Source: Octopus sinensis
Taxonomy: Eukaryota
NCBI RefSeq assembly: GCF_006345805.1
Contig: NC_043000.1
Coordinates: 38,316,001 to 38,380,000, forward strand
DNA: 64,000 nt
Direction: 5' to 3'
Below, in pieces: positions 1 through 13,648 of this stretch. Both the position numbers and the translations under genes were made by a program. Each line of letters starts with the position of its first letter. Within the stretch, counting starts at the first letter, position 1. The notes under the pieces were generated by a model. It was not told the DNA's origin. It saw nothing but the letters and a program-made list of their open reading frames with translations, and did not search any database.

Positions 1-310
<310 letters not shown>

Positions 311-1229
311 TAAATATGCAAATATACTCATATTTGCATATGTCATTACTTGGAGTAATTTCTCAACATCTCTCAGGTGGTATTTTTCGATTTATCTAAT
401 TACATGCGAATATTACAAGATGGTTGCAAAGAGACACTTTTTTTTACTATTTTCTGGCATTTTTTAGGAACAAAAAATAAACATTTCTCTTCCTACAAGT
501 CCACGTTGCTCCAGACTCCTCGAAATGTGTACAACATTATTGATTGCAAATAAATTCAAACTATGTATATATATATATAGTACATGGATAAAATGCGAGC
601 AAGAGAAATAATATTCTTAAGATTATAAACCTGGAATATTTCTTTGCAAGGTTCAGGACAACGTATTATATCTGGTAAAATACAGAACGAGAAATTTTTA
701 CTTTAAATACTGCAATTAAGGATAACATTTCAAATAAAATATTTAGATTCAGAAAATATTAACTTTTATTACTTCTATTTGTTATTACGTGTTACTTCTA
801 TTAAAAATTAAAAATAACTGGTTTTTTGCACTTTGAAGAAATTCATTTTTGTAATTTGAAAATAGGTTATAAAAACATTGTAGTGCATTATTAGTTAGTA
901 TAATAAATAAATAATATAAAAAGTAGTTATATATTACAGTAAAATCTACCTATAACAACAAATTCATTGTAAAAAAAGTTATTGCCAAGTCTTCACATTT
1001 TTAGTCTTGACCCAATACCTATTTTTGACATAACGAATTTGCCTACCATGTATACTGTCCTACTTTGCATAAAACTTTAGCTATATTGGTACTTCTGGCT
1101 CTCATTCTTTAAGTGTTCTGTTGTGTCAATATTTTAACAAAATGATGGTGCATTTTTTAATTATAATGCTACTTTATAAATTAAAGTCAACTAATTTTTA
1201 ATATTCAAATTTTATCCTTAGCTGCAATA

Positions 1230-1742
1230 TCTATATATATAAAACTGTAGTTGTATGAGTGTCTGTCCCCTTCGATTTAGATTCCTAACTACTCCCACAT
1301 TTTGCGGTGCAGTTTAACCAAATTCGGGTATCTTATAGTCGTGATTCATATCGAGCTCGTCTGAGTATTAGCGCGCGTCTACGATGAGTCTACGATTTTA
1401 AAAATAATTTAACATCATTTTTTATTCCATTTTAATGCATAATTTTTCGTGTGTCGATGGCGGCGGAGTTGGCGTCCATGGTCACACCTGCACCTGTTTG
1501 CTTCTCCCCCTTCTTCCCTCCTTCGTGAAGCTGTGGGGAAGGGAGTGTAAGGAAATCAACGTCGTAAAGCGTTGTCAAGGAGACCAGCGTTCTTTTAGAA
1601 CAACGACTTCATGGCTTGAACACACCAAAACAGAAATGGCTAAGAAAGCCCGAATTGGCATCTATTAGGGAAGTAACTCTCTAAAAATGCTTATATAGTT
1701 ATTTCCCTTACAAACCCGAGCAACGCCGGGCGATACTGCTAG
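1230..1742 (+). mobile_element. Non-autonomous Helitron, family H1, full length
   Basis: Starts A|TCTATATATATAAAACTG and ends with GC hairpin CCCG-AGCAACGC-CGGG (1715-1730) then CTAG|T. Inserted between A and T with no TSD. Near-identical reverse copies at 57486-58567. Confidence 0.88.
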
Positions 1743-2639
1743 TTTTAAATAAAAATTTTCTTGTTCTGTACTTTTCCAAGTGCAATAACTTGCCCTGCAT
1801 TTTTCCATGTAATCCATGTTTTTTCCATGCTAATTAATAATGTGTCAAATGTGTTAATTAGCTGTGTCATAGATATTTTTTTCTTACCTCAATGATGCCA
1901 GTGACATATATTAAAAGTCTCCTTAATGAACTATACTCATAAAAAAGTATTTATTACCCTCAAATTTGAGAAACAAACAACTTTTTTCTTTTAAAACTTC
2001 ATTGCATGAAATTGATGCCGTGAAATTCTTTGAATTGAACTCTATCATTTTAGCTTAATTAAGATATAGTTTGTTCTTACGTAACAGGAACTGAGAGAGC
2101 TATCGAGAAACAGAAAAACTATGGGTTATGCAGATAATTTGATATTATTTTTGAATTCTGCACGCAAAAACATATAAGACAGGTATTCTTTTCCTTAGGA
2201 GAAACACTTTGTTGACCAGTGTTATTCTTATATTGTAGTTTGCAAATCCAAGCATGAAAATGTTACTCAACTTTAGAGTTTTAGAGACACACACACACAC
2301 ACACGCACTTATACATTAATGACGTACATAAATACATGGCAGGTATACATAATACTGAAATACGCATAAAGTAAACACATACAGACAAATATATTAATAT
2401 ACCAAATTTTAAAAGATGATAAAAACAAACGATCAATGAAGAGACAAAAGAAACAGTAAGGTAATACATGTTGATTTATTTCACAGAGCATTGAGCAGCA
2501 GGGATTGATGTCGCCGTATTGAGCCCCAGCTCATCATCATGATACAAGTAACTCTTCTCCAAATTTCAGGTGGCTTCCTGTCCTCCTTGGCAACTAATAT
2601 TTTCTTAACTACACTGAACTTAGCGTATGCAGAGTACAC

Positions 2640-2644
2640 ATATG

Positions 2645-2676
<32 letters not shown>

Positions 2677-2812
2677 TGTATGTATGTATGTATGTATGAA
2701 TGTATGTACGCATGTATGTATGTATGAATGTATGTACGTACGTATGTATGTATATATGTATATATATATATATGTATGTATATATGTGTATATATATGTA
2801 TGTATATATGTA

Positions 2813-2857
<45 letters not shown>

Positions 2858-2956
2858 ATATATATATATACATATATACATATACATATTTATATATACA
2901 TATACATATATATATATATACATATACATATTTATATATACATATACATATATATA

Positions 2957-3004
<48 letters not shown>

Positions 3005-3008
3005 CATA
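2640..3008. repeat. (TATG)n/(TA)n microsatellite
   Basis: Directly visible. Confidence 0.95.
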
Positions 3009-3009
3009 C

Positions 3010-5903
3010 GCATAGCACTCGTGGAAACTCTCCTCAGTCCTGACATAGAGGACGCAGAAGTACATGTACCAAACTGTGCCATACTGCAAACAGACAGAAG
3101 GGAAAGGAGCCATGGTGAAGTTGCTGTATACATCCGTGATGACCTCACACCCCAGGTCTTACTGTCATACTCAAATTCGGTATGTGACACTCAAATTGTA
3201 TACATAAGACAACATAATATAGTCATATACAATACATATTGCCCACCGGATACTCCAAACCACATAGGCAAGTTTGAAGATTGCCTCACAAGAATTAAAG
3301 AAATCTTCATGAATCTGGAACACCACGTGACCATATTACTTATGGGTGATTTCAACTTCTCCAACGTGAAATGGTCCGAAGGTCTCATACTCTCAGGAAT
3401 GACTCATTGCAAGCAAGCATGGGTGGAGTGCCTGCTCAACCTCACCAATGCCTTATTCATGGAGCAAGTTGTACTCAAACCATCTAGGGCGAATAAAATT
3501 CTGGATCTCTGATTCACGAACAATATGGACATCATTCATGATGTGAAAATGACACCGACATTAGTCTCGGATCACAACATAATAGAGTTGTCTAAGTTTG
3601 GGTCGAAAGTAACCAGAGATATACAGCCTAAAGGAAGCACCCGAAATCTCTCCAATCTGAACTTCCACAAAGAAGATTGGAAATCGATCCAAAAAGAGAT
3701 CCTCAGAGAGGACTGGCCAAAATGTCTCTCCACACCAGACATTGACATGAAACTAGAATGTTTCATGTCTTCTGTGCAAGCCGTATGCCAGAAATATGTC
3801 CCAGAGCACAAGGCCAAAACAAATAGGAGCAAGATTCCAAGAGACAGGAAGATCCTCATGAGACGACGGACGAAGGTTGCAAATCGACTCAACCAACATC
3901 CCAAAAGCAGCGAAACGTCCCGCCTAAAAACAACACTGATAGAGATCGAAAATGGCTGCAACAATTCTATGTGAGGGAGAAAGCAGACAAAGAAGCCTGG
4001 ATTATAAAAAAACTTTAAGTCAAACTCCAAGGCCTTCTTTCATTACGCGAAATAAACAGCCTCAGTACACTACAAGATAGGACCCCTCCTCCAAAAGGAT
4101 GGCTCCTTCACAGACAGTCCAACTAAGATCAGTGAGATACTGAATGACCAGTTCAAAAGTGTCTTTACCACCCCGTTGGAACGCAGACAAGTGAACGAAC
4201 CAGTGGACTTCTTTGTCGCCTCACCTATAACCAGCGAGGCAGTTACAATAGAATATATTGACATTAGCGAAGGAAATGTACTACTAGACATAGATGAAGT
4301 AGACACAAACTCAACTACTGGTCCTGATGGTTTCCCAGCAATCCTCCTCAAATCGAGTAAACATGCCATGGCAAAACCCCTCAAGCAAGCTGAAGGAGGG
4401 AATGATATGCCCAATACATAAAGGGGGAAATAGAGCAGTTGCCAAAAACTATAGGCCTATCTCTCTGAATTCACACATCAGCAAAGTGATGGAACGGATA
4501 GACAGAGGAAAACTAATCGCATTCCTTGAGGAAAATAACTTACTGGGTGATATCCAGCATGGTTTTCGACCAGGTAGGAGCTGCCTGACCCAGCTCTTAC
4601 AACATTATGACTGGGTGTTGAGGCAGTTACTCAACAAATCAAATATGGATGTAATATACCTTGATTTTGCAAAAGCTTTTGGCAAGGTGGATCATGGTAT
4701 GATATGGCATCAACAGCGTGACCTCAGCATAGCTGGAAAACTTGCAGTGTGGTTACATGACTTCCTGAAAGATAGGAGTCAGGCAGTAGTGGCTAATGGA
4801 GCTACTTCTATGAACACACAAATAGTGCACGGTGTTCCACAGGGCACTGTCTTGGGACCACTGCTTTTTATAGTGGCCCTCTCAGATATGCCCTCAAATG
4901 CCCGGATAGCCACTCTGGCAAGCTATGCAGATGATACGAAACTCTCGCGGAAAATACAGAACCCCAGCGATGTTGCACACCTGCAGCAGGAGTTGGACTC
5001 AACTACAAGTGGGCTGAGGATAATAATATGCAGTTTAACGCTGAAAATTCCAGGCCCTGCGCTACCAGCATCCAAAACTGAATATTAAACTTACAGGGTA
5101 CACCGGACCACAGGGAATTTCAATCCCAGAGCCTAAGTCTGTGAGGGACCTGAGTATCGACATGAGTGATGATACCGCTTTCCAAGTGCACATTACCAGG
5201 ATGGCGACAAAGTGCAAACGACTGGCTGGATGGATCCTAAGAACATTCAGAACCAGAGATAAGGAAACCATGATGGTCCTCTGGCGGGTATTCGTCCTCA
5301 GCCACCTGGATTATTGCTCACAGCTATAGTCACCTACCAGTGTGAAATTAACAGCGGACCTTGAAGCAATCCAGAGAAGATTCACAAAGGAGATCGTCTC
5401 TTTGCAACAGCTCAGCTATTAGGAAGGGTTGAAACAGCTGAGACTCTACTCTCTGGAGAGAAGACGGGAGAGGTATGCAGTAATATATATCTGGAAGATT
5501 CTGGAAGGAATTGTGCCAAATTTTGGCATTGAGAGCTACACCAATGCTAGAATGGGACGACACTGCATAGTGCCATAGGTCCCAGCAATGCCATCACACT
5601 TCCGGACCAGCTACTGCAACAGCCTGGGTTTCAAGGGCCCACAGCTTTTTAATATTCTCCGAAAGTGTTTGAGGAACTTGCACAAAGTAGATGTAGCGGT
5701 TTTTAAATCAAAGCTGGACCTCTTCCTGTCGAGAGTCCCAGATGAACCTACCTCACGGCAAGAGGTGCAAATGAGGGTAGCTATATTAAACTCCCCTCTT
5801 CACCAAGTGCCACATACTAGAGGAGGCTCTTAGTAATAACAGTATAGCGCAAAACGGCGGTGCATCACCATGGCCGCAGCTCTGAGCTGAAACTTTAAAA
5901 AAA
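3010..5903 (+). mobile_element. 5'-truncated, disrupted CR1-group LINE (ORF2: APE endonuclease + reverse transcriptase)
   Basis: EN motifs [32 protein letters not shown] motifs NYRPISL, QHGFRPGRSCLTQLL, YLDFAKAFGKVDH, GVPQGTVLGPLLF, YADDTKL. C-terminal RTFRTRD and SHLDYCSQL. Multiple stops and frameshifts. Short 3' UTR then A-run and (TACA)n. Confidence 0.93.
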
Positions 5904-5921
5904 TACATACATACATACATA

Positions 5922-5990
<69 letters not shown>
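5904..5990. repeat. (TACA)n/(TA)n microsatellite
   Basis: Directly visible. Confidence 0.95.
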
Positions 5991-5992
<2 letters not shown>

Positions 5993-6121
5993 GTTATGCA
6001 CACCGCTATTTTAATTCAATGAAACAATTCTTTCTTATTTATTTGGCTCCGGGACTAAAGGTTTAAAAATGATATAAGCTATTGATATATGCATATGTCT
6101 GTGTGAAATATTGTCCAGGTA

Positions 6122-6196
6122 AATCGGGCAGATGAAGACTAATCAAATTTACGATCACAAACGGATTTGAAGTGTCCGAAACCTAGGTACTGGATT
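6122..6196 (+). ncRNA. Degenerate type I hammerhead ribozyme motif
   Basis: AATCGGG-CAGATGA-AGAC...GTCC-GAA-ACCTAGGT-A-CTGGATT. Helix III is the palindrome ACCTAGGT. The core has CAGATGA instead of CTGATGA and helix I is imperfect. Confidence 0.5.
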
Positions 6197-6369
6197 ATCC
6201 GATTCTGGTCGTCCATTTTTATAATCTTCTTCCGAGAGGTAAGACAAATATTTTCTTTATGTTTGCTGCTGTCACACGTCTTTGCCAGTTTATGCACATT
6301 GAAGCTTTACTATAGCGTCGTAAAAGTATCCACTGCTATTTCCAGTAAACATGGTACTTTTTTGTACCA

Positions 6370-6892
<523 letters not shown>

Positions 6893-7813
6893 ACGTAGAT
6901 ATGCATGTATTGGTAATGCAAGGCTATTTCACCGTAATTTTATAACAGAACCCGAAGAATGAGAAGCAGATAAATGTTAATTTGTACATAGGATGCAGAT
7001 GGACGCCATTTAATAGAACATTCCTGTCCCCTCAATCAGTTTTCCCCGAGGCTATGTGTTTGAAGCAAGAAAAAGTTGTTCGCTTCGTTTCTAGTTTCTA
7101 AGTGCAAATATGGAAAGTCGTTACGAGTCTAGAGGCTGTTGTAGCCTCGGGTTGTAAACATCGTCGTTGTTGTCCGTTCGCTGACCATTTCTTTAGGCAA
7201 TGAAGAGAAATATCGACACACTCTTCGACAGAGGGGGAAAAAAGGAAGGAAAATGATAAATTGGTTGGATTTAGATTCATGGGCAAAACTCGATCCTCTG
7301 AGACATCCAATTTGTTGTTGACTGAGCATCAATTATCAAATATTTGAAGTTTAGTAACATGGCGTCCTCCGTTCGTTCTTCAGCGCTTTTCTTTCACTCT
7401 GGTCAACAAGCATAAGTAGTTTAACATCATGAAACCGTTTGCGGGTGTAATTAGCACACGTGACACAAGGTCAGCGACCATAATACTCAGGAGATTTCAG
7501 AAAGTGACCATGCAATGAATATATGCGTAGAGGAAATTGAGATGAGAAGCCGACCAATCAGAGAGCAGGATTATCCTTAGGTCAGTAAGGAGAGACACAA
7601 GGTGGCCAAGAAGAATACTAGAGGCGTAATAAGCTACAGTTTCCGTTTAAATATGTACCTACTTCTTACAGTATGTTTTTGGCATGATAATAACAAGGTC
7701 TAGAAATGACAATGTCCTACATAGTTGTTTACCAGCGATTATATTATCGGATACTTACAAATCTCTTAATCATATCAGCAGATACACAGCAATACGGCAA
7801 CAACTACACACAA

Positions 7814-7869
<56 letters not shown>

Positions 7870-8032
7870 GTTCATATGAAATACACTCACATACAACATC
7901 GTTAACATAATACACACAAATCAAATACTTTCAATGCGTATCGCATCCGTCTCTCGTCACATAATAAATTTATCTGATGCTTAAATGGCATCATTCAAAC
8001 ATAGCATACACAACATTCTAATATCCAAGACA

Positions 8033-8470
8033 GAGGTAGCTCAGTGGTGAAGAGCTTGCTTCTCATAAATATGGTACCGAGTTCAGGCGCACTGCGTGGC
8101 ACTCTGGGCAATTGCCTTCTGCTATAGCGTCGAGCTGACCAAAGCCTTGTGATTGATAGTGGATTTCGTAGACGGAAACTGAAAGAAGCCCATCATATAT
8201 ATATATATATATATGTGTGTGTTTGTGTGTGTGTGTGTGTGTGTCTTTGTGCCTGTGCTTGTCTCCCACTTGCCACGGCTTGACAACCGGTGTTGATGTG
8301 TTTATATTCCCGTAACTTAGTGGTCCGGCAAAAGAGACCAATAGAATAAGTACCAGGCTTTAAAAAATAAGTCCTGGGGTAGATTTGTAGAACCACAACC
8401 ATTCAAAGCGGTGCCCCAGCATGGCCAGAGTTTAACATAACTGAAAACAGTCAAGGATAAAAGATAAAAG
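8033..8470 (+). mobile_element. tRNA-derived SINE family A (CORE-like, internal microsatellite)
   Basis: A-box TAGCTCAGTGG, B-box-like GAGTTCAG, body GGATTTCGTAGACGGAAACTGAAAGAAGCCC, internal (TA)/(TG) tract, tail GCGGTGCCCCAGCATGGCC. About 20 copies or fragments in the window. Confidence 0.88.
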
Positions 8471-8639
8471 GTGTGTGTGTTTGCGTGGTGTGTGTGTGAC
8501 TGTGTGGGTAGGCGCAGAAGTGGCTGTGTGGGAAGAAGCTAGCTTACCAACCTCTTGGCTCCAAGTTCAATCCCACTGCGTGGTATCTAGGGCAAGTGTT
8601 TTCTACTAGAGCCTTTTCTCCAGAGCCTTTTCTCACTGC

Positions 8640-9040
8640 CGTAAAGTAGCGTACTAAGGACGCCTTATAAACAGTAATCTTGGTGTTTGCAGCCAGTTCT
8701 TTGTTTCCCAAACTATCTTTGTGATCCTGCCAACTGTGGAAAATGCTTGTCCGATTCGCCTGTTGATCTCAGGGTCCAGGAGGCAGTCATCAGCGATGGT
8801 AGAGCTGAGATAGTTTTATTGATGAACTACCTCCAACTTGTAGTGATGGGCAGGGCCGTGCTTGACACTTTGACCCATTACTTTGGTCTTCTTAAGACTG
8901 GTAGTCAGGCTGAATCCCTGGCAGACCTTTGAGAGTTTGTCCACGAGGTGCTGCATCGTCTGCGAACAGCATTTCACTGACGCGTACCTGGCGCACCTTT
9001 GATTTTGCTACCAGCCTCGAAAGACTAAGCAGTTTGTCGC
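8640..9040 (-). mobile_element. RTE-clade LINE internal fragment (RT)
   Basis: Minus-strand translation gives KVRQVRVSEMLFADDAA and YKLEVVHQ*NYLSSTIADDCLLDPEINRRIGQA, typical of RTE RT domains 5-7 and the thumb. Confidence 0.82.
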
Positions 9041-9077
9041 TTGATATGTGTGTGCGTGCGTGTATATGTATGTGTAC

Positions 9078-9110
<33 letters not shown>

Positions 9111-9112
9111 TG

Positions 9113-9346
9113 TAGGGTTGGCCAAAAGTCCCCTGACAGTAAATCAAAACTATTTAATTCCAAGATTTATTTATGTCTAACAACTGAATGAATTTAATAA
9201 AAGCATCTAAATATGAAACATTATGAAAATTGTTTACACTGAAGTCCTTCTTGAGCGGCACATTTTTCCATTCGAGTCAATATAGAATTACAGATAGTAT
9301 TTATGGAATTTTAATTTAAAATCGGATGACTTTTGGCCAACCTTCT
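9113..9346. mobile_element. Tc1/mariner-type MITE
   Basis: Terminal inverted repeats GGTTGGCCAAAAGTC (9116-9130) and GACTTTTGGCCAACC (9328-9342), AT-rich non-coding interior, TA near both ends. Confidence 0.75.
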
Positions 9347-9635
9347 ATGTATAAACTTACGATTAACGAATGTTGGGAAGCATGGCGTTCTGTTACTCAA
9401 TAAATGAAAAATGCATTAAATACTAAAAAATGTACACGTAGTACAGACACAGAAGGACCTTAATTCTTCTTATATATATTTATTTGTACGTGTATATATA
9501 TATATAGCATATATATAGGCTGAAACTTTGAAGTCGTTATGATGGATCTTGTAAAATCTAACAAACCTGTATGGGCAAAGAATTATTGAATAATTCTTCT
9601 GCTTCATACCAATTTTTCTTATTTATCTTATACAT

Positions 9636-9819
9636 AGGCATAGGAGTGGCTGTGTGGTAAGTAGCTTGCTTACCGACCACATGGTTCTGGGTTCAATCCC
9701 ACTGCGTCGCAACTTGGGCATGTGTCTTATACTATACCCTCGGGCCGACCAGAGCCTTGTGAGTGGATTTGGTAGACGGAAACTGAAAGAAGCCCGTCGT
9801 ATATATGCATATATATTTA

Positions 9820-9853
<34 letters not shown>

Positions 9854-10060
9854 TGTGTGTATTTGTGTGTATGTGTTTGTCCTCCCACCATCGCTTGACA
9901 ACCGATTCTGGCGTGTTTACGTCTCCATAACTTAGCGGTTCGGCAAAAGTGAACGATAGAATAATTACTAGGCTTGCAAAGAATAAGTCCTGGGGTCGAT
10001 TTGTTCGACTAAAGGCGGTGCTCCAGCATGGCCACTGTCAAATGACTGAAACAATTAAAA
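9636..10060 (+). mobile_element. SINE family A, full length
   Basis: GGAGTGGCTGTGTGGTAAG A-box, GGTTCAATCCC B-box, CTTGGGCATGTG core, tail GGCGGTGCTCCAGCATGGCCACTGTCAAATGACTGAAAC. Confidence 0.92.
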
Positions 10061-10644
10061 CAATATGCACACACGCACACTACACGCACACCACACGCAC
10101 ACACGCATACACACATAAATACCTCCAAGATAGAGACGAGTACCAGCATTTTACCCGACAGTCTACCCATGTTGTAACCTCCTGTCCGACCTTTGTTTAT
10201 CACTCCATATTCTCACCATTTGCAAACACTACCCATCATAGCATCTAAATCTGTCCATTTTCCCCTAAATGCTATCAACTTGCACCCCTTGCCCTTTACT
10301 TAGTCCAACACACTCTCGTTCTCCTGCACGCAACCTTCCATTTTACCTGGCAGTTTACCCATCTTGCCATCTTTAAGACTTTTTATAGTAATATTTCTTA
10401 GATATGATTATTAAAAGTGAATGAAAATATAAATAAATAAATGATACAGAAAAAATGAAAACGAGAAACAAAAAAAAAAAACGTTCTTAGAAAAATTACA
10501 ACAATAAAAAGAAATATGTAAAAACGTGAAGTGGTTGAATGAAATGTGGGTTTGCTAGGTTAGATTACAATTTATCAGGGAAGGAAAATAAAATAAAAAA
10601 AGGAAGCGGAAAAGCAAGGGAGGAGGGGAGAGGGGAGGAGGAGA

Positions 10645-10656
10645 ATGATGATGATG

Positions 10657-10698
<42 letters not shown>

Positions 10699-10710
10699 TA
10701 ATAATAATAA

Positions 10711-10741
<31 letters not shown>

Positions 10742-10747
10742 AAGAAT
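10645..10747. repeat. (GAT)n(AAT)n(AAG)n trinucleotide array
   Basis: Directly visible. Confidence 0.95.
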
Positions 10748-11287
10748 GATCGGAAAGGAGACAAAATATATGCATTTTATTTATAAATCAAACAAAAAAA
10801 AAAACTTGAAAAATGTTGAGAAACGAAGCAAGATTTCTAAGTTTCTTCGCTGCTGACGTATATCATCAGATATACTGTAGAGTTTGCATAAATTTTGCTA
10901 TTGTGATAGATAGAACATTCTAGAGATTGGGGAAGAGATTTGGGTATGAGGGAGTGTGTATGTGTGTGAGAGAGAGAAAGAGAGAGAGAGGGAGCTTAAT
11001 GGATTTCATTATTGTATAAATTTGATGGTTTTTTTTTGTTTCAACGAACGAGAAGAAATAGTATTTATTTTAACATCACAACCATCGTATTTTCTTCCTC
11101 ATCATCAACTTCACCCTCGTCTTTATCATCATCATCATCTACATCGTCGTCATCATCATCATCATCTACATCGTCGTCATCATCATCAGCAGAATAATCA
11201 TCATTGCTACTATACTACAACAATTACAACAGCAACAGCAAAATCAAAAACAATAACAGCAACAACAACAATACTAATCTTTTCTAA

Positions 11288-11813
11288 TATAGGCAAAACG
11301 CCTGAAATTTGGGGAGAGGTTAGTTGATTATATCGACCCCAGTGTTTCACTGGTACTTAATTTATCGATCCCGAAAGCATGAAATGCAATGTAGACCTCG
11401 GAGGAATTTGAACTCAGAACCTCAAGGCAGACGAAATACCGCTAAATATTTCGCCCTGCGTGCTAACGATTCTGCCAGTTCGCCGCGGATAAAAATAAGA
11501 TACTTTTGTTAAAAGCACGAGGACTGGAATTTGGAGAGAGAGTGCTAGTCGTGCGCATCGACCGCAGTGCTTAACTTGTACTTATTTTATAGACCCAAAA
11601 AAATGAAAGGCCAGGGCGACTTCTGTGAAATCTGAACTCAGAATGTAAAGACGGACGAAATGCCTATTTCTTTACTACCCACAAGGGGCTAAACACAGAG
11701 AAGGGCAGACAAACGGATTAAGTCGATTAGATCGACCCCAGTGCGTAACTGGTACTTAATTCATCGACCCCGAAAGGATGAAAGGCAAAGTCGACCTCGA
11801 CGGAATTTGAACC
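11288..11813 (-). mobile_element. tRNA-derived SINE family B cluster (Meta-domain-like)
   Basis: Reverse complement of GGCGAGCTGGCAGAATCGTTAGCACG...GAGTTCAAATTCC...CCTTTCATCCTTTCGGGGTCGATAAATTAAGTACCAG. About three units. Confidence 0.85.
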
Positions 11814-11815
11814 GT

Positions 11816-12011
11816 CATGGGTTTTGCAGTAAATCCCTAAATCATCCATAACTTTTGTATTATCCTCTCAAATTACACCAAAATCTCAGGCAATAACAAA
11901 TAATATCGTATTTATTGTCTGTGAAACTTATAGAATATTAAACAACTTTGATAAAAATTTATATCTACTTTTCTAACGAAAACAATGCCGTTCTGAAAAT
12001 TTTGGCCGCCA

Positions 12012-12014
<3 letters not shown>
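11816..12014. mobile_element. One end of a Tc1-like DNA transposon
   Basis: Ends ...AATTTTGGCCGCCACTG|TA, i.e. TA-CAGTGGCGGCCAAAA on minus, a Tc1-style CAGT terminus in a (TA)n target. No partner TIR seen. Confidence 0.45.
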
Positions 12015-12072
<58 letters not shown>

Positions 12073-12194
12073 CGGAGAGAGAGAGACATATGCAGGCGGC
12101 TTGTTTAGTGCTTTGAATAATATTGTGTTAAATATCTCTACTTTATTATGCATAATATTTTCAACTGTTTGTTGCCCTGAAGAAAAGTGCTTAA

Positions 12195-12523
12195 TTACCA
12201 CCAACACCAATATCACTATAAGCACCATCACTATCATCATAATCATCAGACACCCCACCAGCACAACCATCATCATCACCATCACCACGACTACTACCTT
12301 CATGATGACGACCACCACCAATACCACCACCACTGCCATCACAACCATCATCTTCATCATCATCATCATCACCACTACCATCATCATCATCATCATCATC
12401 ATTGCCACCACCACCATCATCATCTTCATCATCATCATCACCATCACCACCACTACTACCGTCATGATGACGACCACCACCAATACCACCACCACTACCA
12501 CCACAACCATCATCTTCATCATC

Positions 12524-12557
<34 letters not shown>

Positions 12558-12560
12558 ACA
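12195..12560. repeat. (CAT)n/(CAC)n low-complexity array with ~170-bp internal duplication
   Basis: ACTACTACC.TCATGATGACGACCACCACCAATACCACCACCACT occurs at ~12290 and ~12452. Confidence 0.9.
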
Positions 12561-12888
12561 GCTACAAAACCAACACATTTTTTTTTATTCTTTCTTGATT
12601 ATTTACTTTCTCGCAAACTTTTGTGTTGCAGTAATTTTGTTGTCGATGTTTGTTGTTATTTTCGTTGCTATTATTACGACTATTGCTGTTGTTGTTGTTG
12701 ATGATGTTGCTGTCGTCGTTGCCGTTGTTGGTGTTGTTGTTTTTCTTCCTACTTTTTCTGTAATTAGTTACTGACTGCACATTTTTGGAAAGCGTCTGTA
12801 ATTTTCTCAGATTCAGACAAAATGCCGGGAGAAATACTTTCACAGATTAAAATTCGAGTATTCATATAATAAATCAATAGGCATTAAG

Positions 12889-12889
12889 A

Positions 12890-12955
<66 letters not shown>

Positions 12956-13035
12956 GTGATGATGACGATGACGATGACAACGACGATGATGGTGATTCTA
13001 ATAATAGAAGTAGCAGTAATAACAATAACAATAAC

Positions 13036-13111
<76 letters not shown>
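12889..13111. repeat. (GAT)n...(AAT)n array
   Basis: Directly visible. Confidence 0.95.
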
Positions 13112-13113
<2 letters not shown>

Positions 13114-13648
13114 GTACCAGGCAGTGGCTCTCATGATCTTAACTGATTGGAAGTGTTATCATGTACATTGTTTTGTCTTGGTATAAAAGATGGGCTACAG
13201 CAAATATTCTGCTCAATACCACAGATTTGCTTGTCAGTTGTTTGACCTTAACCAGTTGAGCATGTCCCTTAGTGGCTGACGATATGTGCATCTCTGATCA
13301 CGAGCAGAAGTAGTGGGGGAGCATAATAGCCATGTGTTGAGAGGGATTGTTTGGGGTTTGAATAGTTCACCTCTGGAAACATGAGTGGTTCTTTCAACAT
13401 CCTTAAACAACCCTTATTCAGGGACCTTTTGAGCGCGATGGGCTACTCAACCTGAAGAAAATTCCAGGTGGGCCCTACCTGCAAGGTCATGTGCTGTTTA
13501 TCTTGATATGTGATCACCATGTCGCGCACAGACGGGTAGTCATGATGGGTATATTGGGCTTCGTATATTTTACCCCAGTGTCACTTTGATGGCATGAACT
13601 GCTCTCTCACTCAATAACAATAATAATAATAATAATAATAATAATAAT
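13112..13648 (+). mobile_element. 3' end of a (TAA)n-associated non-LTR retroelement (probable R4/Dong 3' UTR)
   Basis: Second copy at 28840-29260 has the same 3' end (CTGCTCTCTCACTC-(AAT)n) but a different 5' truncation. Both are embedded in TAA/TAT tracts. The clade assignment is inference. Confidence 0.7.

Noticed and set aside
1435-1668. 77-aa ORF repeated at 57529-57789 and 57957-58295
   Set aside because: Lies inside non-autonomous Helitron H1, the frame is not preserved among copies, and no domain is recognisable.
1882-1940. Minus-strand donor GAG|GTAAGA as a small exon
   Set aside because: In-frame stop shortly upstream, weak acceptor and no recognisable peptide.
3572-4414. Antisense ORFs over the LINE (also 15461-16034 on + over the second RLE element)
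   Set aside because: Shadow frames of retrotransposon coding sequence.
11948-12774. Poly-His/Met/Thr ORFs resembling histidine-rich proteins
   Set aside because: Pure (CAT)/(CAC) repeat, open in multiple frames, with no splice or domain support.
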